Shown here piece after piece: positions 1 through 10,019 of a stretch of 64,000 bases of DNA. The notes beneath the pieces are model-generated. The model had not been told where the DNA came from. It was given only the letters and a program-made list of their open reading frames with translations, and did no database searches. The stretch is from an uncultured candidate division Zixibacteria bacterium (lineage in GTDB: Bacteria; Zixibacteria; MSB-5A5; UBA10806; 4484-95). The first letter of the stretch is position 1, and every line of letters begins with the position of its first letter. Location of the stretch: contig CAXXKA010000009.1 in the NCBI GenBank assembly GCA_963668625.2, forward strand, positions 1 to 64,000, given 5' to 3'. Both the position numbers and the translations under genes were made by a program.

Positions 1-856
1 AAAGTTTGGCTACCACATCCGGGTACTCTCCGCCAAATATAGCGTTACGGGAAAATGGTGTGGCGGTGGGAAGAATCGAATAGTAAAAATCTTTTTTTAC
101 ATTGAAATATTCGGCAATCAGCGGCTCGATTATCAACCACTGGTCGTAACGAACGCAGTCTATTACTATAAAGAACGTCTGCTTGTTTTGCTTCAGCGAC
201 GGTATGAGGTATTTCTCCACGACATCTACCGAAAGCGGCGGGCCGTCGCCGTTTATCCAGTCGAGATAATTGTTGAACACGAAATGGGCGAACTCGGCAT
301 TGCACTGGCGACGAATATCCAGCAACGATTGCTGCAATCCGATATCCCTGAAATTCTCCAATTCGATCTCTATCATCGAAAGCCTGGAGTGTATATCTAT
401 CCAATCCTGCCAGGTTAAGGGCCCGCTTAATTGGGCGTTGACCCGGTTGAACTCGGTGACGAATTTCTGAGTGAGATGGCTTTCCATTATTCGTTTGCTA
501 TGAAGAATCTTCTTTACCACCGAGAGTACCTGGCTGGGATTAACCGGCTTGGTCAGGTAATCATCGATCTTCTGCCCGATAGCCTGCTCCATCAAGCGCT
601 CCTCCTCCGACTTGGTCACCATGACCACCGGCAGGCTAGGCTTGATAGCTTTCAGTTCCATCAGCGTAGACAGTCCATCCCGACCTGGCATCATTTCATC
701 CAAAAGGACAAGATCGAAATTTTCGGCTTTCACCCTGTCGATCGCATCATCACCGTTGGAGGCCGAATCGATATGGTAGCCTTTTTCCTCGAGAAAGATC
801 ATGTGCGCTTTAAGCTGATCTATTTCATCATCAACCCATAAAATTTTCTTTTTCAT
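1..856 (-). CDS. porX: PorX-like response regulator with PglZ/alkaline-phosphatase domain (runs off the window's left edge)
   Basis: Not in the ORF track; manual translation from ATG 856 gives MKKKILWVDDEIDQLKAH...LVLLDEMMPG...MVTKSEEE...DYLTKPVNPSQ (receiver domain), then IVIDCVRYDQW and YSILPTATPFSRNAIF (PglZ motifs); no stop before position 1. Confidence 0.9.
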   Translation of the reverse strand, partial: MKKKILWVDDEIDQLKAHMIFLEEKGYHIDSASNGDDAIDRVKAENFDLVLLDEMMPGRDGLSTLMELKAIKPSLPVVMVTKSEEERLMEQAIGQKIDDYLTKPVNPSQVLSVVKKILHSKRIMESHLTQKFVTEFNRVNAQLSGPLTWQDWIDIHSRLSMIEIELENFRDIGLQQSLLDIRRQCNAEFAHFVFNNYLDWINGDGPPLSVDVVEKYLIPSLKQNKQTFFIVIDCVRYDQWLIIEPLIAEYFNVKKDFYYSILPTATPFSRNAIFGGEYPDVVAKL

Positions 857-858
857 TA

Positions 859-2094
859 TTACACCGGCAATTCGATTAAAAATTCAGTTTTCTCCCACGG
901 CTCGCTTTTTGACAGCCAAAACTTTCCGCCATGGTACTCCACTACAATTCGTCGAGCCAGTGTCAGGCCAAGTCCCCAGCCACGTTTTCGGGTGGAGAAT
1001 CCCGGCTCGAATATACGTTTCTGATTGGCGGCGGGAATACCTTTACCGTTATCGCTGACACTGATAACGACATGCTTTTGATTGCTGTAAGTTTTCACGA
1101 AGATACGACCCGCTTTGGGATCAACCGCCTCCAGGGAATTTTTAATAAGGTTTTCGATCACCCAGCTAATGAGTTCCTGGTTAATGTTTATATCCGGTAA
1201 CTCCTCCAATTGTTCGATTATTTCGACACCTTTTCCCCCGCCGGGTAACCTTATTTTGAAATACTCGATTATATCGGCTATCGGCTTGTTGATATTGCTT
1301 TTCACCAGTTCGGGTATCGATCCGATCTGGCCGAAACGCGTGGCGACCCTGTCGAGTCGCTGTAAATCCGATTGCATACGATTCATGATATCATCGAAAT
1401 TGACCTGTATGTTCTTATCCGGCAAAACGAAATTTTCCTTCTTGTATTTTAATTTCAACAGCTCCACCCAACCCATCAGCGAGGATAACGGCGTACCGAG
1501 TTGATGAGCCGTCTCTTTAGCCATTCCCACCCAGATAAAACGCTGCTCGGATCTCTTGATATTCTTGAAACTGATATAGGCGACCCAGAGAAATACGCCG
1601 ACCACCAGTATCTCTATAAACGGCATATACTGAAGCTGCTTGATCAGGCGCGAATCACCGTAGTGAAGGTAATGTATGATAGTTTTCTGCGGTCCGTAAT
1701 AAATCGGGATGGCGTCATATTTGGCGTCCATGTCATCGATATAGCCGGCCAGTTTGTGTTTCGCCGCTTGAGTAGTATCATCCTGGGGGATATCGACTGT
1801 CCAGTACATCGGTTCGCCGTCAAGCGAGGTCACGATAATCGGGAAGTTGGCTTTCTTGATGATCTCCTCGAAGATGAAATTGATCTCGGCGCCGCTTGTC
1901 GCCTCACTGGCGGCATACTGCCACAAACGAGCGTATGCCCTGCTCACCCTGGCGGCATCGTTTTCCAAACCGGTTATGATAGTCTGGTTGTAATAAATGA
2001 ATATCGTAACGACGATAACAATTCCGAATCCGAGGAAACCCGAAACGAGGCTCGACCGGGTGAAGTAACTTTTTATTTTATCCAAGAATGCCAT
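859..2094 (-). CDS. Membrane sensor histidine kinase (likely partner of PorX)
   Basis: Two TM segments, H-box ETAHQLGTPLS, N-box ENLIKNS, G1 DNGKG, F/G2 FEPGFSTRKRGWGLGL. Confidence 0.92.
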   Translation of the reverse strand: MAFLDKIKSYFTRSSLVSGFLGFGIVIVVTIFIYYNQTIITGLENDAARVSRAYARLWQYAASEATSGAEINFIFEEIIKKANFPIIVTSLDGEPMYWTVDIPQDDTTQAAKHKLAGYIDDMDAKYDAIPIYYGPQKTIIHYLHYGDSRLIKQLQYMPFIEILVVGVFLWVAYISFKNIKRSEQRFIWVGMAKETAHQLGTPLSSLMGWVELLKLKYKKENFVLPDKNIQVNFDDIMNRMQSDLQRLDRVATRFGQIGSIPELVKSNINKPIADIIEYFKIRLPGGGKGVEIIEQLEELPDININQELISWVIENLIKNSLEAVDPKAGRIFVKTYSNQKHVVISVSDNGKGIPAANQKRIFEPGFSTRKRGWGLGLTLARRIVVEYHGGKFWLSKSEPWEKTEFLIELPV

Positions 2095-2095
2095 T

Positions 2096-3373
2096 CTAAA
2101 TAGGTTCCAGTTTGTCCAGGCCTCTCATATATGGTTTTAAAACCTCCGGCACGATTACGGCGCCGTCTGCCTGCTGATAGTTCTCCATAATCGCGATAAC
2201 CGTTCGGGGTAAAGCCAGTCCCGAACCGTTTAAGGTATGAACGAACTCCGGCTTGGCGCCTTTCTCTGGTCGGTAGCGAAGGTTCATCCTTCTGGCCTGA
2301 AACGATTCGAAATTCGAGCAGGAGGAAACCTCCAACCAGGTATCCATTCCCGGGGCAAAAACCTCGAGGTCGTAACACTTGGCCGCCGCGAAAGACAGAT
2401 CACCGGTGCACAGAAGGCTTACCCGGTAGGGCAGCTCTAACTTTTTCAATATCGCCTCGGCGTTTGCCAGAAGTTTTTCATGCTCTTCGTACGAGGAATC
2501 GGGTTCGACTATTTTAACCATCTCGACTTTGTGAAACTGGTGAACACGGGTGATACCTCTCACCTCTTTGCCGTAAGAGCCTGCCTCGCGGCGGAAACAA
2601 GGTGAGAATGCCACGAAATACTTTGGCAAATCCTCTGCCTGAAGAATCTCTTTGGCGTGAAGGTTCGTGATCGGCACCTCAGCCGTTGGTATCAGGTACA
2701 GGTCATCCTCTTCCAGATGGTACATATCATCGGCCAGCTTGGGCAATTGCGCCGAACCGCGCATAGCCTCCGGGCCGGAAAGGTATGGTATCATCACCTC
2801 TTTATAACCATGTTCGACCACATGCGTATCTATCATGAAATTGATCAACGCGCGTTCCAGAAGCGCCCCGTTACCGGTTAAAGTATAAAAACCGGAGCCG
2901 GAGATTTTCGCGCCTCGCTCGATATCGAGCGCGCCAAGTATCGGGCCGATTTCCCAGTGTGGTAACACGGGAAAATCGAACTGCCGCTTCTCCCCCTCGT
3001 GACGGATGATTTGATTATGGCTCTCATCCTTGCCTACCGGAACATCGGCATGTGGCATATTGGGAATCATCATGAGCGAATCGTTCAACCTGGTTTCGAT
3101 ATCACGTAGTTCCGAGGTCAACTTGCCGATATTCTGACCAACTTCACGCATGGCGGTGATAAACTCCGTGGCATCCTGGCCGTTTTTCTTGGCGATAGAA
3201 ATATCTTTCGAGGCCTTGTTCTTTTCGGCCTCCATTTTTTCTTTGATACCAATCAGTTCACGACGTTGAATATCGAGTTCAATGATTAAGTCAACATTAC
3301 CTTTCTCGTTTTTATTGGCCACCGCCTGTTTAACGATATCAGGATTTTCACGGATAAATTTAAGATCTAACAT
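2096..3373 (-). CDS. serS: Serine--tRNA ligase
   Basis: MLDLKFIREN start, LIPTAEVP, FRREAGSYG, RVHQFHKVE, EVSSCSN, HTLNGSGLA. Confidence 0.98.
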   Translation of the reverse strand: MLDLKFIRENPDIVKQAVANKNEKGNVDLIIELDIQRRELIGIKEKMEAEKNKASKDISIAKKNGQDATEFITAMREVGQNIGKLTSELRDIETRLNDSLMMIPNMPHADVPVGKDESHNQIIRHEGEKRQFDFPVLPHWEIGPILGALDIERGAKISGSGFYTLTGNGALLERALINFMIDTHVVEHGYKEVMIPYLSGPEAMRGSAQLPKLADDMYHLEEDDLYLIPTAEVPITNLHAKEILQAEDLPKYFVAFSPCFRREAGSYGKEVRGITRVHQFHKVEMVKIVEPDSSYEEHEKLLANAEAILKKLELPYRVSLLCTGDLSFAAAKCYDLEVFAPGMDTWLEVSSCSNFESFQARRMNLRYRPEKGAKPEFVHTLNGSGLALPRTVIAIMENYQQADGAVIVPEVLKPYMRGLDKLEPI

Positions 3374-5648
3374 TGTCTTTCTTCCCCATTGCCGGCAAGC
3401 TTCTAACCAGGCCGATAATCACATGGTATATATCTTTCAAAATCGACATGTTTGCCATATATTTAAGTTCTTCTTCGAAATAATTTTCCTTATCGGCGAA
3501 ATGTGCCGGCCCCCAGATACCGGGCTTAATCAGGTCTCGACGCCAGTAACCATCGAACCTTTCCGAATCAGCCTCGGCTTGTCGATAAGTGAGTGGCACT
3601 TTTCCAACGAACGAAAGCTCACCTTTTATAACGGATAAAAGCGACGGAAGACCTAGTTTAATCTTTGGTATACCGTTATTACTATTAACTGATTCTCCAA
3701 AACAATGGCATTTTACTTTTTTCCTGAAAATACCTTCAATTTCACAACTGGTCATAAATTGCTTATTATTAATGTGGGAGCAGATTAATTTATATATGAA
3801 TATCGGTGAGAAAATAAGCAGTATTAACAGTGAAATTGTAGAGGCCAATATCCGGGAATACAACCTTCCGAAAAAACCATACATCCTGCCCGATACGATC
3901 ATCACGTTTTTTAAAGTTGTAGGATATAATTTCATACCTTTAAGATAACCGGCGTTTTTTGAACGAATCACGAACTGCGTTTCCATGAAAAACACCATCT
4001 TCAGGATTTCGGTTAATTCGGGAGCGTCAGGGTTATTGAAATATATAGCTATTCTCGCGATTTTCTTTTGCTTCAATACCTTAATAATATCATCCAGTTC
4101 ACCGAGATATTCTAACTTGGAATCTGCGAATCTCCCCAGGAATCCAACGATTTCATAACCACTGAAATCAACCAGATCGTTCTCGGAAATCGAATCCGAA
4201 TCGAGGTTGACTACGATCATCCTCATTTGCTTTCTATCAATAATAAGCTTATTGACCAGTTGATAATATAAATAACGTAAAATAATATTTATTCCCAGTA
4301 ACAAACCTATATATGTTCCGACGGATTTTAGTGATAGTGTCAGTTGCATATCCGGATTAATATTCAAAATCATGAACACGGATGCTCCGATAAACACCGA
4401 TTTGATTATAGCCAGAGCTATTCTCCGGAAACCCGATTCTATCGGCAAATCGTATGATGCTAAAGCGGAGTGAATAATGAGCCAAAAAATATTAATCCAG
4501 ATAAGTGGAACCGCCAGTTCGAACGGTTGAATGAAAGTCGAAAATCCCAGAAAGTCACTTTTGTATTTTATGATGAAATAAAGCAGAAATGCGAGGTTGA
4601 ACGAAGCTATATCAGCGAAAAGAGCTCCTATACGATATTTTAAGTATAATATATTTCTATAGAGATGAGATCCTACGAAGGCCAGGGTCAATGCAAAAAC
4701 AGTCACCAGCAGCAACCTGTAAGGTGACTCGATCAAAAAATAAATCGATATACCCGAAGCCACCAGTAAACTATTTATTATAAAAATCAGAAATACCGTA
4801 TTCTTTTTGGTAAAACCTAAAAAGCTGATTTTATGCGAGGAATGATCCTTTCCTCCTATATATACTTTTCTGCCTTCGTTGAGACGCGTAATTACGACAA
4901 AAGTCAAATCGAATATCGGATAAGCCATAATCAATACCGGTGCCAGCGCATCCGATAAAGTCTCGGATGTATTAAGATGTATTATGCTAAGACATGATAG
5001 AGTGAAGCCGAAAAATAAACTACCGGCATCACCTAAAAATATGGAGGCCGGCGAAAGGTTGTATCTTAAAAATCCGGTGGCCGCTCCGGCAATCGCGAAA
5101 CTGATAATCGCATATACGGGCATACCTTTCAAAACGAATAATATACCCAATCCGGCGCCGATCATCATAGATAAACCGCCGCACAAACCATCCATGTTGT
5201 CCAGGAAATTCAGCGCATTCTGCAAGCTGACTATCCATATCGCGGCAAATACCGGGTACACCGAAAAGGACATCACCGGGGAAACCTCTTTTATGAATGC
5301 TAGAAATATTACTGCGGCAATGAACTGACCCAGCATTTTGAGAAAAACATCCATATCGAAGTAATCATCATAAACACCAATAATTATTATCAGCGATACG
5401 CCGGCGATCAAACCAACCAGTGGGTATTCGTCTCCTATATCGAAATACAAAAGGGCTGGGATTGCTATGAAAAGAAAAGCCAGGTAAACTCCGACACCAC
5501 CGCCGAGAGGAATGGGATTAATATGTATCTTCCTGGCCGAAGGCATATCCACGAAACCGATTTTTAAGGATATTTTACGGACTACAGGAATAAGCAATAA
5601 AACAATCGCTAAAGATAGACAATATGAAATGATATAGTAAAGCTTCAT
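3360..5648 (-). CDS. WecA/MraY-family polyprenyl-phosphate HexNAc-1-P transferase fused to a degenerate WcaJ/WbaP-type sugar-transferase region
   Basis: N-half: GVYDDY, NALNFLDNMDGL, IFLGDAGS, DHSSHK; C-half: 4 TMs, Rossmann-like segment, GELSFVG and IKPGIWG. Confidence 0.85.
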   Translation of the reverse strand: MKLYYIISYCLSLAIVLLLIPVVRKISLKIGFVDMPSARKIHINPIPLGGGVGVYLAFLFIAIPALLYFDIGDEYPLVGLIAGVSLIIIIGVYDDYFDMDVFLKMLGQFIAAVIFLAFIKEVSPVMSFSVYPVFAAIWIVSLQNALNFLDNMDGLCGGLSMMIGAGLGILFVLKGMPVYAIISFAIAGAATGFLRYNLSPASIFLGDAGSLFFGFTLSCLSIIHLNTSETLSDALAPVLIMAYPIFDLTFVVITRLNEGRKVYIGGKDHSSHKISFLGFTKKNTVFLIFIINSLLVASGISIYFLIESPYRLLLVTVFALTLAFVGSHLYRNILYLKYRIGALFADIASFNLAFLLYFIIKYKSDFLGFSTFIQPFELAVPLIWINIFWLIIHSALASYDLPIESGFRRIALAIIKSVFIGASVFMILNINPDMQLTLSLKSVGTYIGLLLGINIILRYLYYQLVNKLIIDRKQMRMIVVNLDSDSISENDLVDFSGYEIVGFLGRFADSKLEYLGELDDIIKVLKQKKIARIAIYFNNPDAPELTEILKMVFFMETQFVIRSKNAGYLKGMKLYPTTLKNVMIVSGRMYGFFGRLYSRILASTISLLILLIFSPIFIYKLICSHINNKQFMTSCEIEGIFRKKVKCHCFGESVNSNNGIPKIKLGLPSLLSVIKGELSFVGKVPLTYRQAEADSERFDGYWRRDLIKPGIWGPAHFADKENYFEEELKYMANMSILKDIYHVIIGLVRSLPAMGKKDNVRS

Positions 5649-6622
5649 TGTTTATAATATTCTATTATCTCATTGATAGTCTCGGATAAACTGCATTCAG
5701 GTACGAAACCGATTGCCTTTTTCAGCTTGGTCGTATCAGGCATTCTCTGAGCCATATCCTCGAAACCGGACTCGAAAGCATCATCATAAGGTATATAAAC
5801 GATCTTGGATTTGGAATTGCACATCTTCCTGACTTTTTCAGCAAGCTTCTCGATACTTATTCTTTCCTGGCTTCCTATGTTAAATACCTGTCCCTCGGCT
5901 TTAGAACTATCAACAAGTTTCAAAATAGATTTGACGACATCCTTGACATTGGCGAAACATCTGGTTTGTTTACCATCTCCGAAAACTGTCATATCATGAT
6001 TGAGAAGCGCCTGTTTGACAAAAGTCGGCAGTACCATACCGTATTGGCCTGTTTGTCGGGGACCGACAGTGTTAAACAATCTTACTATAATGACTGGAAG
6101 TTTCTTTTCGTGATGATAAGCCAGCGAAAGAAATTCATCGATCGCTTTCGAGCAGGCGTAACTCCAGCGGCTTTTAGTCGTTGGTCCGTAAACCGAATCG
6201 TCATCCTCCTTGAACGGTGTTTTATCGTTCTTACCGTAAACCTCGGAAGTGGATGTTATGATCACCCTGTTATTATATTTATTCGCATACTTCAAGATGA
6301 TCTCGCTACCCAGTATGTTAGTTTTAATCGTATCTACAGGTTTCTCGATTATCAACTTTACACCCACCGCCGCAGCCAGATGAAAAACATAATTGTTTTC
6401 AGAAATCAGAGATTCCATCAAAGGCTCATCCAGTATCGTTCCGACATCGAAAGTAAATTTAGGATGATCCATCAAATGCTTGATATTGTCCAAACTTCCG
6501 GTAGAAAGATTATCTATTGCGTGAACCGTATATCCTGCTTCCAGCATTCTATCTATAAGATGTGAACCTATGAATCCTGCGCCGCCCGTAACCAGTGCGG
6601 TCTTCTCATTTTTTACTGACAT
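5645..6622 (-). CDS. NAD-dependent nucleotide-sugar epimerase/dehydratase
   Basis: GGAGFIG, STSEVYG, YACSK, RLFNTVGPRQ. Confidence 0.92.
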   Translation of the reverse strand: MSVKNEKTALVTGGAGFIGSHLIDRMLEAGYTVHAIDNLSTGSLDNIKHLMDHPKFTFDVGTILDEPLMESLISENNYVFHLAAAVGVKLIIEKPVDTIKTNILGSEIILKYANKYNNRVIITSTSEVYGKNDKTPFKEDDDSVYGPTTKSRWSYACSKAIDEFLSLAYHHEKKLPVIIVRLFNTVGPRQTGQYGMVLPTFVKQALLNHDMTVFGDGKQTRCFANVKDVVKSILKLVDSSKAEGQVFNIGSQERISIEKLAEKVRKMCNSKSKIVYIPYDDAFESGFEDMAQRMPDTTKLKKAIGFVPECSLSETINEIIEYYKQ

Positions 6623-7157
6623 TTTTTATAATCTCCGTAGCTTCCAACAAATCTTTAGCCAGGTAATCAGGTTTCAAGTTATTTGAAACAGCCCTGGAAT
6701 CAGTATAGTCGGATTCTATCAAAATCGTATTAGAACCGACATTTTTACCCGCTTGAATATCGGAATATTTATCCCCGATCATCCAGGAACTTCCAAATTC
6801 TATATTATACTTACTACCGGCTTTCTTGAATAACTCAGTTCCTGGCTTACGACATTCACAATCATCATCCGGTATATGAGGACAATAATATATTTCATCG
6901 ATAAAAACACTATGTTTTTTCAAAGTATCGAGCAAATAATCATTAAATATATCCACATCCCTTTTACTGAAAAAGCCTCGCCCTATTCCTGATTGGTTTG
7001 AAATTATGATGAGTTTAAAGTCAGATTGAATACTCTTTAAAGCTTCGACAGCGCCGGGAATCAACTCGAGATCGGAGGTTTTAATCATGTATTTCTTATC
7101 ATAGATAATTACGCCGTCCCGATCCAGGAAAACCGCTTTATTCGCACTTACCGCCAT
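6606..7157 (-). CDS. gmhB: D-glycero-manno-heptose 1,7-bisphosphate phosphatase (HAD IIIA)
   Basis: FLDRDGVI, SNQSGIGRG, CPH..CECRKP, MIGDKYSD. Confidence 0.88.
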   Translation of the reverse strand: MAVSANKAVFLDRDGVIIYDKKYMIKTSDLELIPGAVEALKSIQSDFKLIIISNQSGIGRGFFSKRDVDIFNDYLLDTLKKHSVFIDEIYYCPHIPDDDCECRKPGTELFKKAGSKYNIEFGSSWMIGDKYSDIQAGKNVGSNTILIESDYTDSRAVSNNLKPDYLAKDLLEATEIIKNVSKK

Positions 7158-7921
7158 TTTTTACCGTTGGCTAAAAATTTTTCCATATCATATCGCTCCG
7201 GAAAAGAATAATATGAACCATTTTCTATATTATTTTCCATAAATGAATTATCTTCACGGGAAATCTTCGATAATGCCTCCATTAGAGCTTTCGGGCCAAC
7301 TGAACTTTTTAATCTTCCAACGAGACTGTAAAACGTATCATCATCCCTGATCTTTTCTTCTGCCTGGACAATAATTTTGCCGGCATCCACCTCTCTTACC
7401 ATGTGATGAATCGTTACGCCGGTTTTACTTTCGCCATTCGCCAGCACCCAAAATGATGGATACAATCCGCGGTATTCAGGAAGTAAAGCGTAGTGCACAT
7501 TGATCGCTGCTAAATTCGGGGTTGCAAGAATTCTCTTTTTGAGAATCTGCGGGCATGACATGGAAATTAAAACATCGATTTCTTTCCCACGTAGAGTTTC
7601 TCGAAACTTTCTCGTATTGATTTTATCTACGCGATTGCATTCGATATCGTGCCGGGAGCATATGCTTTCTATCGTGTTCAAGCATGAGGATTTAAATATG
7701 CGAAGTATGAAATTCTTCATCCGTAGTTTAACCTGATAGAAAATCTCCGCTAAAAACAATTTCAATCCCATGAATTTAATGCTTTTAAGAAGAAATTTCC
7801 TGAAATTAGGATCGCGGACTATTGCCACGCCCTGACAGTCGAATTCGGAATTACTGAAGATATTCTTGAAGAAATTAGGCATAAACACTTTATCATCAGC
7901 GCAAACAAAATAAATTTTCAT
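7148..7921 (-). CDS. Formyltransferase family protein (probable sugar N-formyltransferase)
   Basis: INVHYALLPEYRG, TGVTIH, VDAGKI; lies in a polysaccharide locus. Confidence 0.85.
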   Translation of the reverse strand: MKIYFVCADDKVFMPNFFKNIFSNSEFDCQGVAIVRDPNFRKFLLKSIKFMGLKLFLAEIFYQVKLRMKNFILRIFKSSCLNTIESICSRHDIECNRVDKINTRKFRETLRGKEIDVLISMSCPQILKKRILATPNLAAINVHYALLPEYRGLYPSFWVLANGESKTGVTIHHMVREVDAGKIIVQAEEKIRDDDTFYSLVGRLKSSVGPKALMEALSKISREDNSFMENNIENGSYYSFPERYDMEKFLANGKKWR

Positions 7922-8778
7922 GCTTTAGACAACTCCTCGGCAAATACCTCCTCTATAGAAGCGAACTTAAAATCTCTGCCCAGTTTTTTCAACCTGCCTT
8001 CAGTTGATTTCAAGTTAAAATAATGAGTAGCGGATATCCTAAAAGGCAAATCTATTCTCGGATGGTGGGGGTCGATCTCCCAGGGATGTACATAAAATAC
8101 GAATGGTTTTCCTTCTCTGTTGATACTTCTCAATCCGCATTTGGTTAGCGAATAAGGCAATATCCTCAAATAAGCACCGCCACCGACTGGGAAATTTGTA
8201 TTAAATATCTTTGCAGTAGCGATAGGTATCTCCAACATCAGGTTGCCATCCGGAGTTTTCAACTTATGTACGAATCTATCACTGGATAATATTCCATATC
8301 TGTAATTCAGCACGGGAAAAATACTAGAATCGTACTTCAAGCCATTTTTCAATAATATATCAAGCGCCCACAATGACTCCTCTACAATCGAAAAGATAGG
8401 CGCCCTGAAACCCAGAACCTGTTGTCCGGTGAGATCGGAAATTAATCCAACGCTTCTTGATATCTCGTTCTCGAATTCATCTTTTTTAATTTTATACACC
8501 TGGCGATGAGAATATCCATGGGTACCGAGTCGATGCCCTCGTTTATCGATTTCCTTAATTAGATGACCGTATTTTTCGGCAATATAGCCAAGGACAAAAA
8601 ACGTGGCGGTTATACCAGCTTCATCCAGGATATCGAAAATAATATTGGCATTTCGTTCGATTCGAGATTCATACTCCCCCCAGCTCTCGTTCGGAATGAC
8701 CTCCAATCCCTGGAACCAGTCCTCGAAATCGACGGAGAAAGCGTTTACGATTTGTTTATTTTTTGAATCATTACTCAT
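7918..8778 (-). CDS. Polysaccharide deacetylase (DUF3473 / PEP-CTERM-locus type)
   Basis: SVDFEDWFQ, ATFFVLG, THGYSH, GFRAPIFS, GGGAYLR, FYVHPWEID; start placed at the ATGA overlap, 8778. Confidence 0.9.
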   Translation of the reverse strand: MSNDSKNKQIVNAFSVDFEDWFQGLEVIPNESWGEYESRIERNANIIFDILDEAGITATFFVLGYIAEKYGHLIKEIDKRGHRLGTHGYSHRQVYKIKKDEFENEISRSVGLISDLTGQQVLGFRAPIFSIVEESLWALDILLKNGLKYDSSIFPVLNYRYGILSSDRFVHKLKTPDGNLMLEIPIATAKIFNTNFPVGGGAYLRILPYSLTKCGLRSINREGKPFVFYVHPWEIDPHHPRIDLPFRISATHYFNLKSTEGRLKKLGRDFKFASIEEVFAEELSKA

Positions 8779-10004
8779 CGATTTATCGGCCCCGTTACTT
8801 TCTCTATTATCTCCATAGCTTCCGAGCATAGATCGGCCCTCATGAATCTATCTGCCACTAATTTCCTTCCGTTAACACCCATCTCCCTCATTAAACCTCT
8901 GTTTTCGATAAGAGTGTTAACCGACCGGTCAAACGATCCTTCTTCCCTGAATGAGAAATATAATCCGGTATTATATGTTTCCAAAATATCCCTTAACTCT
9001 CCATCTACATTAGTCAATACGGGTTTTCCTGCAGCCATGTAATCAAAATATTTTGATGGTATAGCCTCTTTAAAAAAATCGGATTCTATTAAGGTAACCA
9101 GCAGAATATCAGCGCTATGTATGTACGGCACGATCTTTTCATAGGACATTGGCTCGCTTACTTTTATTAAATCATTACCTTCCCGAGCCGCGATTCGCTT
9201 GATCGTATGATACTGCGGACCGCCACCTATAAACTGTAAAGTGATATTCTTACCTCTTATTCCTTTTATGATATCGGGTAGAAATTCCGCCAGATTCTGT
9301 CCCAATCCCAATACGCCGGCATACAAAATCACTATATTATCATTCCAACCGGCTGATTTTCTTATGGCCTCGATATCACCTTCCCAATTCAACATTATAT
9401 CTTTAGTGCCATTATAAACGACATGTACTTTTTCGGATGCTCCGCGGGTTTCGATTTTCGCTTTAATACCTCTTGTCACGCCAAAAATCAATCTCGCATT
9501 TTTATAAAGTGATCTTTCCAAATACTTGGCTAACCTCAGTAATAAAGGCGAACTCATTGCCTTGAACTCGAAAACCGTATCGGGCCATATATCACGGATA
9601 TCCAAAACGAAATCGGCACGCTTTATTTTGGCAATGATCATAGATGTAAAAGCGTGAAAAATAGGCGGCGATGAGGTAAATACGATATCGCAGTTACCGC
9701 GAAAAAGAGCGGCAATGAAAGAAGAGATCGCAAAGGAAATATAAAACAATATTCTCTTTAAATTATTTTTCTTTTCGAAAGCCATAACGAATGTTCGGAT
9801 AATTTTATAAGAGCCGTTTCGTTCGACCCTGAATAACTTCCATTTATCTCGATCATCCAATTTACCGGTAGGATGATTGGGGAATTCGCAGATAATCTCG
9901 ACCTCGTGACCACGCTTTACCATGGCGTCCACGAAAGATGTTAATCGATTAGATGTAGCTCCCGGTTCAGGAGCGAAATATTGGGAAATAACCAGTATTT
10001 TCAT
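8775..10004 (-). CDS. Glycosyltransferase family 4 (WbuB-like)
   Basis: MKILVISQYFAPE, TSSPPIF, DIRDIWPD, IPSKYFDYMAAGKPV. Confidence 0.9.
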   Translation of the reverse strand: MKILVISQYFAPEPGATSNRLTSFVDAMVKRGHEVEIICEFPNHPTGKLDDRDKWKLFRVERNGSYKIIRTFVMAFEKKNNLKRILFYISFAISSFIAALFRGNCDIVFTSSPPIFHAFTSMIIAKIKRADFVLDIRDIWPDTVFEFKAMSSPLLLRLAKYLERSLYKNARLIFGVTRGIKAKIETRGASEKVHVVYNGTKDIMLNWEGDIEAIRKSAGWNDNIVILYAGVLGLGQNLAEFLPDIIKGIRGKNITLQFIGGGPQYHTIKRIAAREGNDLIKVSEPMSYEKIVPYIHSADILLVTLIESDFFKEAIPSKYFDYMAAGKPVLTNVDGELRDILETYNTGLYFSFREEGSFDRSVNTLIENRGLMREMGVNGRKLVADRFMRADLCSEAMEIIEKVTGPINR

Positions 10005-10019
10005 AACGATAACATGATA

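Noticed and set aside
45-841. ORF-track calls 45-404, 188-418, 270-470 and 431-841
   Set aside because: Shadow frames of the minus-strand porX gene; most other short ORFs overlapping long genes were rejected for the same reason
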